Position numbers and translations under genes: made by a program. A stretch of 64,000 nucleotides of DNA from Lingula anatina (lineage: Eukaryota > Animalia > Brachiopoda). Of the stretch, positions 15,403-29,700 are shown one piece after another (position 1 is the stretch's first letter; each line of letters begins with the position of its first letter). The stretch covers positions 9,432,954 to 9,496,953 of the forward strand of contig CM120644.1 of the NCBI GenBank assembly GCA_051362555.1. The letters are read 5' to 3'. The notes below the pieces were generated by a model. That model was not told the origin of the DNA. It made no database searches and saw only the letters and a list, made by a program, of their open reading frames with translations.

Positions 15403-15872
15403 TTTCAAAACACTTTCTCTCTGAATTGTTTGAAAGTAGATAAGAGATAACAACCGCCTGACATCTTATTCGTGTCTTCAGATAGTGCTATGATAATTGT
15501 AATCCTCATCATATATCACCTTAATTACCACAGGTTGACAGGGGCAATACAGTGGTGTTTTATAGCCCAAGTTTTTTTGTAGCTAGGGGCTCAGATATTA
15601 CGGAGGTCCCGTGTGTATTAAGGAGATTTAACTGTGCAGTTATCACCTGTCATGCAGAGAGGGATAAATAATCTCCTCCTTAGAAAGTGCTTTTCTAGAT
15701 GCGCAGTTGATAAGAAGTTATTTATCCTTCATCAGTGTTGTGTTGTGTAAGCAAGGCAATAAGATGGTAGAACATTGGGTGTGGATTTGAAATTGAAAAG
15801 TCTTGAGACATATCTGTGTGTTGTTAATGATCTAGTTTTATTTGCAAGTGGGGAAGAAACTGAGAGTAAGAA

Positions 15873-15874
<2 letters not shown>

Positions 15875-15950
<76 letters not shown>

Positions 15951-16042
15951 GGAGAGTGAAAGAGAAAGAGACATAGAGAGAGAGAAAGAGACGTAGAGAG
16001 AGAGAAAGTGAATGTAGAGAGGGAGAGAGAGAGAGAGAGAGA
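15875..16042. repeat. (TG)n(AG)n compound microsatellite
   Basis: Visible directly. Confidence 0.95.
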
Positions 16043-16651
16043 TAAGGGGGGCCAGGATAACACAGGAGCACACCAAGTTGACTTAAAATAATCCAGTTGT
16101 TGTTGCTGTCACAGGTCAGGAGTGTGGTCTGTGTTTGTACTGAGGTAAGCCTAAACCTCTCTCCAAACCTGTTACCTAACCCCCGTCCAAGTCACTGCCC
16201 CCCATCAGTGTTTTACAAAACACCCCCACCCCCCACTACCAGTCAATCTTTCCTGCTGTAGCCATAATGTTATTTCTTTCTTCGAGAACGTATTTTCTCT
16301 GTAATTTTCTGTGCAACACAAGCAGTTAGCTTGTAAGGTCTTCAAAAATGTGCACATTTGTGCTGTGAAACACAACAAGTGGCAGGTATGTTGTTGACAT
16401 AAGGAGCAGGGGACAGATTCCTGCTATTACCTATTCTTACCTGGGGCCTCATGCTGTACCCATCTGCATGTATGTTTACCTTGAAGAATCTTCGTAGAGA
16501 TGCATGTCCAGGGCCAACCCAACATGCCCGACTTATCTGTGAATGCACTTGTATACATCTTTATTCAGTATAAACAATATTGTTGCAAAAGTATTTTTTA
16601 ATAGGCAAGAGGAAAATGCAAGTTGTTCCTTTTATTTTGCTCTTTCTCTCT

Positions 16652-16690
<39 letters not shown>

Positions 16691-16793
16691 AAATAGCCAC
16701 CAATCTCAAAAAATATCACAAATCCACACACCGGGAACTCAACAAAGAATTATCTGCCCTTGCCGTGGATTAGTGAAATGCATAGCCCAGACA

Positions 16794-16815
16794 ATGCAGC
16801 AGAGCCAAGGTTCAG
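16794..16815 (+). CDS. Possible upstream or alternative first coding exon end (MQQSQGS) of the Cobl-like gene
   Basis: ATG CAG CAG AGC CAA GGT TCA G|gtatgc is phase 1 and fits the acceptor at 20530 (G+AT = Asp); no other support. Confidence 0.3.
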
Positions 16816-18644
16816 GTATGCTGTTGACACAGGACATTCAGGACCAGTCAGGGGTGCGGTGCTGGACTGTGTTCACACTAGCCTTAAACCTGATCGTACA
16901 AACATCGTATCAGCTCAGGGACGTGTTTCTCAAAAATAAAACAACTATAAGACCAAAAATTTTAATTTGATACACCCCAGGATAAATCAGTAATACTCAG
17001 TTTATAAAGGAAATATTGTACCAGTTTTATTTGATATCTTATAATTAAGAACAGTGTTTGACCTTGAGTTCCCATTCTGCTTTCAACAACAGACAAAAAT
17101 GTCACATGTCGGTCAGAGTCTGGCCTGTGTGAATTGACCGCTGGAGCTAAGGTGTCCAGTAGCCATTGTTTGTGGAAAGAAAGCGGTCAGGTTTTTGTCA
17201 ATAGAGGGGAGTGGACCAAGGGAAAAGAAGCATTATACAAATGGTGTTTGTACTTAACTAATTACAGCACCAGTCACAGGCCACCGTCCAGCAAGATATG
17301 GAAAAGAACGGGTATAATAATAGCATATTTTGAATGGCCCATATCTTCTTGTATTTTGAACGGCATATCATACGGTGGTTTGGAAATATGTGACAATGCG
17401 TGTCAGAGGATATTCAGTATTTTACAACATGATGCTAGCGCAAGTCAATGACTCATTGACACCTTCGAAGTTCCAGTTTATCTGCTAGGACCCAACTGCA
17501 AGAAAACTGTTTTCGTGTCACACAAAGCAGACTCATTGGAAATTTTCTCTCAGGACACAGGTACCCCTTCAAAAGCTAAAAAGGGTACAGCATGTTGCAG
17601 AGACTTTCAGAGAAGAGTGGAGCTGCCTCTGTAATCCTAGGACTTTCTATTTTGAAATAATTCATGGCATTAAATGTATTATTATTAGGGCTACAAGCTG
17701 CAAGACTTGCTGAAGTTCTAATGAAAAGAAAGACATGATTGTGATGGTCCTGTCTTGGCTTAAGATATGCTTTCTAGGTGATTACAATACAGGCTGTTGG
17801 AGAATGTAGGGAGTGCTTTCCACCAGAAACACTGACTATACTCCCATGGACATAAGAAAAAACATTCAGGACATTTGAATGTTGTGGAAAACATGAATGT
17901 GTTCTCTAATACGAATAGTTTACTGTTATAGTGGACATTTGCAACAGGACATGCCTCACTACCTTCGCTGATCTCATGATTGTTACATGTAACTAGAAAC
18001 TAGAACTGACTTCAGCTTCAGCGCAGAATGAAAGTTGACAATACTGTACCGGCACATGTTGGCTCCATGTTTTATGTTAAATCCTTTACAATTGATCACT
18101 ATTAGGTAACTATACTAAAGGTGGATGCAAGGTACCTTTTAAGTTTTTGAACCGGGTGTTTTATGTTCAAGCTTTGACCAGTGGCTATTCTTGGAGAACT
18201 CCTTAGGATGGACACATGGTACCTTTTAAGTATCCAAGCCATTGAGTTTTCTTTGCTTCTGGCATAAGATGGTGTTGATTTTTTTCCTGAGGTTAATTTT
18301 CCAATAGAGAGGTACCATGGGAGCCTGACCTGATTATCAGACCCTAAGGAAATGTGGATTTGAGAAATCATTACATGTTGCAGGGCAGATGAAGACATAT
18401 ATGGCCATTGCCTGATGATTACTGGTTTGCAGGAATGGCATGGACTACTGGCAAGATGTTGGGGTGCCAATGACATGTTGTTTTGTTGTATGTTTTACAA
18501 CATTGGAAGAAAGGTTTGTGTTGTAAAACTGGTGAATAAGGATCACTAATCTGTTAAGGAATTTTGTTTTATTTTTCATACTCAGAATGATTGAAGTACT
18601 GTGCAACTGGGTATGTAATCCCTACTTTACATTGACATATGAAT

Positions 18645-18646
<2 letters not shown>

Positions 18647-18698
<52 letters not shown>

Positions 18699-18704
18699 TC
18701 TCTC
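18647..18704. repeat. (TC)n microsatellite
   Basis: Visible directly. Confidence 0.95.
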
Positions 18705-20529
18705 AGCATCATGGCCGTGTGAAAGATTCCATGTGTTATAGAATGCCTTTCAATATTTTCTGAAAGCTCATTGATCAGTGTTTACAGAAATCAGAGATAA
18801 CACTAACTTCAGAAGGTCTCATGTGAATTATAAGCAGTCTCGGCTGGCTGGCCAGGTGCGCCTGATGCATTGACAGCTATGTGAGGACTCATATAGAGAT
18901 AGAGTCAGGTATATATAACATTGCTATGTGTAGTTTGAAAGGTTTGGGATCATGTTTGTAGCCTTGGGGGAGAAAACAGCTCTCTTTTGTCATGTAAACT
19001 TCACTAGATAGAGCTGCTTTGAGGAAGTGTTCCCTGCTGTATCTATAGGATTGATGCAATACTGGTATTTCAGAGCACCTGTGACTTGATATAGTTTTTT
19101 TGTAATCTTCACAGCTGTCCCATATATATCTCTTAAAGAAATAGATGTATGCAATTGCTGTGGAATGATGATGATCCATTCCATAAGGTAGAACATGAAT
19201 GAGAAGAGATATTATTTCTTGCGGTACAAAGCATTAACTTAAATGCCTTTTCCAGTCTGTATTAGCAGTATGCTAGAGGCACTATTGATCCATTTAAGAT
19301 GCGTTTATCTCTCACTCACTCTTCCTGACAGCAGATAATTCAATCAATCTTGCATGGTCCAGAAGACTATTTCTCGGTTGAGTACTGTATAGACTCTAGG
19401 GACAATCTAAAAACAAGACTCATTTGAAGTGAAACTAAGGAGACTGTCACAATATCTTTGGATAAGTTTATGAAATTTTAAGTTTTTTTAGAGGAGGTAG
19501 AAGACTGCAGGGTGCAGAACAAAATTCTCTGCCTAGAATTTGGCCACAATTAACTAGTAAACTTAAAGAAAGCATATGGTCGGCAATGTATACTTCACAA
19601 GTGGGTGTTTTCAAGCCCTTCCCACAGCACAAGTATACAAGCATTGAGCAGTTAGTGTAAGAGCCTTCTGTGCCTTAAGCTGTTGTAGAAAATAGAGTAC
19701 TAGTACTTACATAGAGACTGAGGCAAGAGATGCTCAATTGATATTGTAGGAAGAAAGTTACTAGTAATAACTAGAGAGACTTGAATGTGTTTCCCAGAAA
19801 AAGAAACTTCAAATAAAAGATGCTAGCTTTTTGGGTAGGTGTGTTAGAATTGGAAGCTGTATAAGTGATCTGTGTTTTATAATGCCACATAGTTACAGTG
19901 ATGTCTTTTTGCTGTGTTTCAACAGAAATGGAGTTTCACTATATCATGAACAACTGGCAACATTTTCATCATCAAGTGTCCAGGGTCTTGAACACAATTT
20001 TAAACTTTGTTTGAACTTGAACGCCATTGTTCAGGTGAACTATTATACTAGTAATTATTACCAAATAAACTCGGTGAACATTTCCAGGAACTCAACAGCT
20101 GTTAAGGTTTTTTTTTTTTTTTTACTCTACTTTCACTACTAAGAGGAATTTTAACACAACATAAGGTTTGTTGTGGTAGGAAATTCTTCTGTAATTATTG
20201 ACAGAAGGAGTCTTATCTTTATCTTTCATACTATGCCAGTGTGCTTGAATGTTTGACCTGTCATTCTTAAGACTGATGTTGAAATTTTTTGCAATAATAC
20301 AGTAGCTTACTGAGGAGATTAATTACTGCCATGCCATTTAAGCTGTTTTACCTCAGTGAACCTTTCTGAAAAAATCCAAATTCCAGTGAATTATGGAATT
20401 ATTACAGAAAATAAAATTCACTTACAATATGTATAGATATTTATCGACAAAAGTATTGAATAAGTATAGTTTCGGGGTGGATGTGGACTTTCATACTGTT
20501 TTTTAACCCTTGTTTATCATTATTTACAG

Positions 20530-20716
20530 ATAACGCCATAGTCAACATGAGCACAGCGGCGGCCATTAAGCCCCAGGGGACCAATGGCGGTATCCCTGGT
20601 GCCCTGGCGCCTAGCCACGAGCTCACAGATGAGATTTTGAGCGATGAGGAAGGAAAGGTGGACTTGACTGTGGTGCTACCTGGTGGACAGCAAAATGAGA
20701 TGACAGTGGATTCCCA
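20530..20716 (+). CDS. Cobl-like exon: N-terminus and start of first ubiquitin-like fold
   Basis: tttacag acceptor, ATG at 20547, CA|gtgagt donor (phase 2); MSTAAAIKPQ...VDLTVVLPGGQQNEMTVDS. Confidence 0.85.
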
Positions 20717-23700
20717 GTGAGTTAATTGTGATTGTTTTGTTTGGAGTGTTGATTCACTGTGCTAGTTGTGACAACAGTGTGAGTTGATTGTGTTAGTTGT
20801 GATAGCAGTATGAGTGAATTGTGTTAGTTGTGACAGCAATGTAGGAAGCGAAATGGAAAGTGATTGTGCTTTGCTGGAGAATGTTTTCAGATGGTTGAAA
20901 ATGAAGTTATACAAAGCTCACAGTATCCTAAAATATATTTGCCTAGTTTTAAAAAAATTATCTCCTATCAGTGCTATATACGTATTGAGAACTACTCAAA
21001 TATTTTCCAGATACAATGCTTGGCGTGTTAAAATCACCAGAAGCACAAAACTCTTTTATTAACTTATTTTTTGTTTGAAACCAGCTAATTGAATGAATAA
21101 TGATAATTGTTCTCCAATTTTCTTCCCAGCATTCCTGTAATGGACTTCCTTGTGCAGGCTGCAAAGGCCAATAAGCTCAGCCCTACAAGTCATGTGATAC
21201 AAATTTTCAATGACGATACAGGTCGCCCCATTGAATTCAAAGCTAGCCAGAGCATTGGCTCCCTAGGCACAACCAGAATTTACCTGGTATCCAAGAAGGA
21301 TCTGAATAAAAAGAAAAACTACAACTTTGAGGTAGGTATATTTTATTAGACTGAACTAAAAAAAATTGTGGAAGTGTCTTTCAAACAGTATAATTATTCC
21401 TAATTAATTGCATATCAGAAGTCATGTCTTTATCGCTTATACCACAGAGCATTGTTTACTAGTATTGGTGTCAGACGACTTTATCTGTAACCGTTTTATG
21501 ACTTGGTAAAGTAAACATTGCAGATAACCGTTAAGTGTGCCTCTGTCTTTGATTCTGAATATAAGGACAAATAACAGTACAGTCGTTCTTGTTGTTCTAT
21601 ATTATGACCATATGCTTTTACCGCAATATAACATTACAGCTTTATTATTATGTTAACGTAAATGAGGAACTATGTTAGACAACCATAATTGCTGCACATT
21701 CCATTGCAAAAAAAGGTTTATTTTGTTTTTTGTCCTTTTGTTTCTCTCCCCTTCCCTGACTATATTATATTAAAAGTATGACCAAATCTCAGTGTGAGAG
21801 GACCATACTTTTTACCTGTGTAACAAAGGAGAAACAAAGAAACATATGTCAGAAGTTGTTCTTAACTTTAAGACAGAAAAATATTTAATGATCATGAAAT
21901 TTGGCCAAGATCAATCTGAAGGGTTTATTTGAATGAAGGCATCACCTTTTACACACACACAAAAAAAATGGCCAGTGTTGTAAACCTTATTAGTAGATTG
22001 ATATACAATATTATCCTGACAGTGTTGAAAATTTCATTTAAAAAGTTTTTAGTTTTAAAGTTAAGGCAACTTTGACATTATTTCTTTTCTGATACCTTGC
22101 CCTGTACCATTTATGATAGCCACCATTTTAACATACGGTATATCAGAATATGTAATAACAATAAGCTTAATAGATTACCCAGAAATGGAGCAGAGCTATA
22201 TGCACAAATATGTGACTTTTTAGATATTTGAAAATTTGAGTTTATTATATTCCCGGGGTGCTTTGCAAGGTCACGTTTATTTTTATTAATTTTTCAGAGA
22301 TGGTTTTGAAAATTTTATACTGGTTTTAGCTACGGTTTATGTTTAGATATAGCTTATAAGTTATTACCCAGCTTACTTTTCTGTATTTATAAAGCCATGT
22401 AATAGTAGTTATGAACCCTGCAGATTTCCACAATTTTTTATTTATAAAGTGTGATTGTTTCCATGAGATTATTTTCAACAAGTATAATGGCAGACTGAAC
22501 AGAAGTGTATATTAGCAAATTAAAGTAAGTTACTGTTGTTGTCGCTATGAAATCTGTTGAAACTCTGTCTCATTTCAAAATCACACTTGCTGTGAAGGAA
22601 GGTAATCTGCAAATACTAACATAGATTTGAAGCTATAAGGATTGAGAACTGAAAGTCATTGTTTTGAATTATTCAGGCACACAGAAGAACTCCTGGCAAT
22701 GTGCCAATGGTAAGACTTGGCCTGTCTGAAGTGTAATATTATAGGATGCATAAAGAGTGTCAGTTATTTTATTGTTGTTTCTATCTTTTTTGCAAGAAGA
22801 TTTGTTTGTTTGAGGTTGCAGTTCTAAGTTACTATCAATTAAAACTAATAATGTTTTAGAATTTGCTAATTTTTAAAGCACTCTCTGTATTTGATGTAAT
22901 GAACAAAGATTTCTTAGTTATATTTAGATAAACAACTATGAACATTGATGAAATTCAGTGCTTTTGGTGCTAATATGTTTTTATTCTCTTGTTCAAATTG
23001 CTTTAAGCAAAATGCTATAAAATCTTTATATAATCAAGTTTCTTTTAATTATGAAATAGACCAATATTTGTAAATCATAATATGCATCTTCTTTAGTGAT
23101 TTACTTAATATAATTCTTGCTGTGGAATTTTTTCAGCTTGTGGCATTAATTCAACAATAATTGCATATGGTGCTGTACAAAACTTTGCTTTTCAGAAGTT
23201 TTTATACATTTTAAACAAGAGTTGACTTAATGCTTCATATACCACTTCTTCAAAGAAAAGCATGGCCAGAGGGCTTTCTTTATGATTCTGATCTCCAGTG
23301 ATGATGATAGATTTAATTGTTGTTTCTAGGTGCTCTAACATGCAGAGAATTTCAGCCAAATTATCATCTGAGTGCATTGACACTTCACTCAAAGTTAACA
23401 GCCCAATAGCCAAACTCATGCAAGCATTTACTAATAGAATTTGACAAGCAGATTACATTTTCATATTTTCATTCAGTCATAATAAGAATATCTGTTCCTT
23501 TAATTTTCTAAAAAATGATTTATAAATCATGCAACTTTGCAATTTAACTATTATTGCTGTAGCAAAGCAGTCCAAGCATGAAATGTGGCAATTTTAATTT
23601 AAAACAGCTTGCAAATGATTGTGAACTTGCACATGGCAGAATGTAAAGAAGTTATAAGTTCAAGGGTATTGATGCAACTTTTTAGTTTGTAAATTGGACC

Positions 23701-26700
23701 CACTTCTACTTCTCCTCTCCCCCAGGAAAAATGTAAAAAAAAAAGAAGAGGATTTTCTACTTATAGTACTTCTTCTAAGTCTGTTTGACTAAATATAACT
23801 GACTGACTAAATAACACTGTGGGACTACTCTAATGCAACCAAGCATATCAATTTATAGTTCAAGTATAATTATACCTTCTTTGTATAATGGCTTTGTATA
23901 ATATTAATTCATGGCTCAAGTACCCTTGGCATAACATTATTCAAAGTTACAACACACAAACCTTTTGAAAAAAAATAATGCTTGGTTGAATGCACCATGA
24001 ATATTTGCTACTGACAACATTGCCTTCTTCTCAATTGACCTAATTATAATCTTACTAGTAAGGTCGCTGGCAAGGAGAAAGTTACAGTGTGTAGACAGAT
24101 TAATACAATGTATAGACAAAAGGTACTGTTACATCAATACAAGAAGTTACAGTGTAGAGGCTGAATGATACAATGTTGGAGTTGTATCCCTCTACTGGAC
24201 CACAGTTCATGGTCACAGTGTTAAATGATTTCCTGTTTTCATCTCCTAAGGTTACCATACGGCTGACAGTGAACTTGCCAGGAAAACAGAAACATGTTTC
24301 CAGAGTCAACCCAAACAAAACACTGGCGGAGATATACAAACAGGTTTGCGATGAGAAAAACATGGATGCCACACGATATGACTTTCGACTTATCAATGAG
24401 CCAGATAGACAGTTGGATATGTCTACTAAACTGAGTGACTACCCCAAAACAAATGAGATCAATCTCATTACTGTCAAAGGTAAGCGGTAAGAGTTGTAGA
24501 AGAGCCATTGGTATAAACAGCTCTCTAACATTTATGTACTAGGTACCAGTACTGTACTGTAAGTCTGGTATATAGAAGTAGTGAAAGTCACTATTTAAAC
24601 TCTGATTTAAGCGCAGACTTTGCTCATATTTAATATACCTTTCTCTTGTTAATGAAACATCGAATTAAAACAATAACTTGATGATATTTCTGTCCTGCAG
24701 CTCCCAATTTTCGCAAGTCAACAACAGATCTTATATATGCTCAAAAGACTCTCAGTGCAATGCAAAACCCTAGCTCCGGCACCCTCATGCCTGATGGGAA
24801 GGAGAAGAAGAAAAAGGGATTTTTCTCTTTTATGAAGAAGGATAAAGCTAAATTTAAGCCAGTAAGACATGAAGCTTTTCCACTTTTGGTTAATTACTGT
24901 AATATTAGGTCATTTGAATTTACTGCCCAAAGGAATGGCATTTTAACAATTTAACAAACAGGTAACTTTTTTCTCTTTTGTTAAGGTTCCGTAAATTAAT
25001 TATTTATATCCACTGAGGAATGATGTTTAGATTTTGAGATGAAGACTACAACCATCCACTATTATTCCAGGCTGAAGCTGGTAACAGTGCTCAAAAAACC
25101 TCCACTTCATCACTCCCCCCTTCAAATGGAACCCACTCATCCCAGCAGTTACCCAGACAAACCGTATCAACATCGGTTTTATCAACAGCCCCTCAGCACA
25201 TGCAGCCTGGCAGCTCAACCTCACTGCCGAGGCCTGGGAAGCCCCATGCTAAAAAACGGGCTGCTCCAGCACCTCCACCACAACAGGTGGCTCCATCTAG
25301 GGAGATTCCAGTCAAGACAGAACCAACTGAAGAGATTAATAGTCTTTCACCTCTGCCAAACTTGCCAGTGACTAATAAACTTCACTCCAGAAATAGTTCA
25401 GACTCCAGTGGATACCATGAGTCGCCGTCTAGTCCTACAGAGTCACCAGATTCACATAGAGACAAGATGAAGACGAGTTTAGATGCAACATCTCTGGAGA
25501 GCAATGATTTAGGTTGGCAAAACTCACAGTTTCACATGTAACACTTTTTATATCAGCAGATTATATAGATCGGGAAGCATATTTTTTGACCAGACATTTT
25601 TTGCATATGGAAATTATAACTTGATGCTGTTCTGGTAAATAATGAAATGTATCAAGGTCATCCAGATATACAAATATTTTAATTAATGGTCTCTTAAAAC
25701 TCACATATTGTATTTACTATTAAAACCATTATGAAATTTACAAACAAAGTGTAATATTTTCTTATCGAAATGTCAGGTCCCGAACCATCATCCATGGGAA
25801 GCCATAGCAGTCCACATCCTTCAGTGAATACTTCCACAGAAACTCTCACAAACTCAAGACTCTCAGAGGATGTGCCTGATGCACGCACGCCTGAAAAGCC
25901 ATCGCCCACAAAAGGAACAGCAACTGCCAAGGGTGGCCGGAGAAAGGCGCCCGCACCACCACCGCCACCTGGTGAGTGTAACATAACCTTGACCTTTCAG
26001 ACAACCCTGGGTATAATCTGTTGGCTTTTCTGAAAGTTATTATGTTATTTTTGTATTAATGAATGATTACAAGATAGGGGAATGTCTATGCTTGTATATG
26101 ACTTAATCGCCTGAAAGTGCTGTCTCTTTGTTTTAGATCTAACAGTAATGAACTATGACAGGTGTAACTCACAACATGACAGATAGGGTTTTCTTCCATT
26201 ATATATGAAGACTTTTAAAGATTTGTGTATTGCAACAATGATTATGAGAGGTGGTATATTTACATTTTCTATACCAATTTATGCCTGTTTTTGGTGGTAA
26301 TGGTGCCCTACTTACATGTGCTATAGACAACATTAAAGATAGTAGAACTAGTTTTAGGTATGGTTCATGGTAAATAACATGTCATCTTTTAATGAAATTA
26401 ACTGTTGTTAATACAAGTTTTGTGTTTGTCCATCAGCATTATCATACAAAACTTTTTCAGGTGTTAAAAAAGGCAGGAACACTCATGCAATTTATATGGA
26501 CAGTCTTATTGTCATATAAATTCTGGATTGTGACCTCAGAACCATAATCCACTTAATTTCAGATGTAGGACATCATTTTAGAGAGTGACTGCCAGATCTG
26601 CAGGTATCTGAATGACTGAAACATTATCTCATATCACCAGTCATATTGTGTCATGCAAGTCGGGTGACATAATTTTTTTCCTTTAAAAGATGAATATATT

Positions 26701-29700
26701 TTGCCACATTTTGATGAGACCTGCTGTGATTTCAGGTGTGAAACCCTACAGACCGCCTAGTCATAAAACCAAAGCTGCTCCAAAACCAGGAGTTAAAGTA
26801 AAAGCTAATGGTAAGAAGGGAGACTCAGTGTGGGTCTTCCTCACACTGTACCCTAGTTTTCACCTGCTGTTGTACCTACCTGCACCCTTCTGGCATGACT
26901 TTACACTTGCCACAGTACCTACCAGCACCTCAGTAGCATGATTGCTGTGATTTGCAGCATGATTATGTATCCATCTTTGTTTTCTTTGATATTTTGAATC
27001 AATAAAAAGCAAACTGCATATCTGATTGTATTCTGCTTGCTATGGATTGCAGCTTGAAGTCTTTTTTTTTTCTTTCAATTTTTTCATTTACGTTTGCCAG
27101 GTTGTAGCTTAATTTACCTTTTTCATGATTTCAGCTTTGGCATTAGAGATTTTATTTCATATTTTTTTCAGTTTGTGAATCATGGTTTCTAGCTTTTAAT
27201 TTCTAATATTTTCAGTTTGCTTATATGCAGTCTTTATTAGTTTAAATTAACATCCAATTAGCACCGACTTCTATGGGATTGGTCTTTGATATTATAGTAT
27301 TGTCTCTTCAGATAATTTCATTTCAGTAATATTTTGTCAATTTTGGCACTGTGCATTTAACTTAATATGCTTTATCTTATTAACTTATAGAAAATTTGCT
27401 TAAATACATCCTTTTTTCATCTTGAAAAATGATCATTTTATAGTGCTTTTGTTGAGGTATTAGTTTTCTTTGCTTGTAACTTAATTAATACATTGTTTTA
27501 CATTTAATAAGCTAAGCTTATCTAGGCTGAATTGTTTGATTTGCTTTAGCGCAGGATTTAAATATAAGTTGATGCCATGTTTTTTGTAGATATTCTAGTT
27601 GATTTTAACTTGGTAACATTCATTCCAAGAAATAATATTTAAGATAAAAATCTTAACACACACACTGTGAGATAGGTAGATAGATAGATATACTAGTATG
27701 CATATTCATGTCTTTTAATCTTTATATTACATTATCTTTATATTATCTTTTCACAATATCCAGAGATTTCCTACGAATCTACTCAGAGAAAATCCCCAGG
27801 CTCACATCTTTTATTAGTACCACCAGCTTGTACGCTGGCTGTACTCATGGTTTTAGTCCCGACCCGTCTCGTACAGCTCCGCCGGCTCCTGCGGCTCCTG
27901 CGGCTCCGCAGGATGACGTGGGATACAAGTCACCGTTACCGCTTCTCCTCTTAGACCGCAAGGACCTGTGTCCCCATCTCTTGGATTTAGGTCACATATA
28001 ATCTCAACTTGAACACCCAGGTTTTTTGGTCTCAGTTGGTGCATTGACCTGGGCGTGACGCTCGTTGAAACGCACCCTTGTCAAAATTTTTGAAAATTCA
28101 ATGCTAAATATCTCCCAAACCGATGGAATTATGGGAAAAATTTCTACAGATGGCTGACCGAAAGTCATATGTGAGGATTTCAAATATGCCCTTGGATTTG
28201 ACCTTTGACCTTTATTTCAAGGTCAAACGGGCCAAAATTTTCTAAAAATAGGAATTTTTTTGCGAGAAAATTTTTATTTCAGCCGATTTTCAGAAACTAA
28301 ACAGATCTTACCTATAATATTATGGGCAGGTGATACCCTTAGGGTCATCTTTCATTTTCGTGAGTTTGGGGTCAATCGGTGCATTTTCATGGTAGCAGCG
28401 GCCATTAGATGCCGAAACTGAAAACTCTGTCTAATTCTGGTACCGTTAATGCTAGAGACCTCTTGTTTTATGCATTTTGTAGAACTTGTCAAGGGCAACA
28501 CTCGGGGTGGTGTCTATTTTTTTGTTTTCAATACGGCTTAGGCATTGCACTTTATAAAAAGTTCAACATCCTAAATTCAGTGGTGAAAATAAAATGTGAA
28601 ATACTCAAAAATTAGAAGAGATGTGCCCATAGTTACTTTTGAACTTGAATAGGAAGTCATATACTGGTAATCTGTGACCTTGAAATTGACCTTTGACCTA
28701 CTTTTCATGATGAACTGCACTTTGCAAGTTTTCTGATCTTTATATCTCCAAAACTGGCAGAGATAAGCCCATAGTTACTATTGAACCTAAATAGGAAGTC
28801 ATATACTGGCAATCTAACTGTGACCTTGAAATTGACCTTTGACCTACTAATTATGATGAACTGTACTTTACATGTTTTCTGGCCTTTACATTTCCAAAAC
28901 TGGCAAGGAAATGCCCATAGTTACTATTGAACTTGAATAGAAAGTCATATACTGTGACCTTGAAATTGACCTACTTTTTCATCATGAACTGAACTTTGCA
29001 TATTTTCTTGCCCCTGACATCTTCAAAACTAGCAGAGATATGCCCAGTGTTGCCCCTTGGTTTTCTCTTTTGTCAGCATATATGCAACACTGATAACTCA
29101 TTTCAAGGAAAACCAATAGGCCTATTGTCCAGAAAATCACAGGAGTGATCAATGTTAGGAAAATACAGGCCACTTGGAAAATCCGCTTGACTGGACCATT
29201 TTTATGTTATATATATATTTTTTTCATACTTTGAGAATTCTTGTTTATTGCATAGAGCTTGTCAAGGACAAGACTGGTTGTGGTGTCCCTTTTTTTTTTT
29301 GGGGGGGGGGGGGGTCCATTCGAATGCGCTTACTCCAGCTGGTGGTACAATATCCGGAGGCGGTATCGCCTCTCTGATCCTCTAGTTTATAATAGTTATA
29401 TTCCAAGCCAGTTTTGCCATTTTCTTGACATAGTCTTGACTAAAGCTCTACACAACTAACCAAGTAATGCCATAATAACAGATTTGTTAACATGACTTCC
29501 TCCTTACTTGTATGACCCTGGTACTTACTGCTTTTATGTTTTCTTTTTAGTTGATGTTGTACCTTAATACTTTAATGGGAGAACTAACGGGTCCTCAATG
29601 TTTCAAATTAACATGTTGAACTTTTTTGTACCAGTTTTAATATACTGAGGTGGTAGGCATGTGTATCTTTCTGACTTTCCTGTCTTCTTTCTCTTGTTTA

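Noticed and set aside
15732-16076. Overlapping ORFs with SLSL, THTH and ERER runs
   Set aside because: These are translations of a compound microsatellite.
17134-17560. 105-aa ORF followed by an in-frame TGA and a further open stretch ending at a possible donor (read-through or selenocysteine idea)
   Set aside because: No recognisable protein motif, a non-ATG start, a weak donor, and no SECIS seen.
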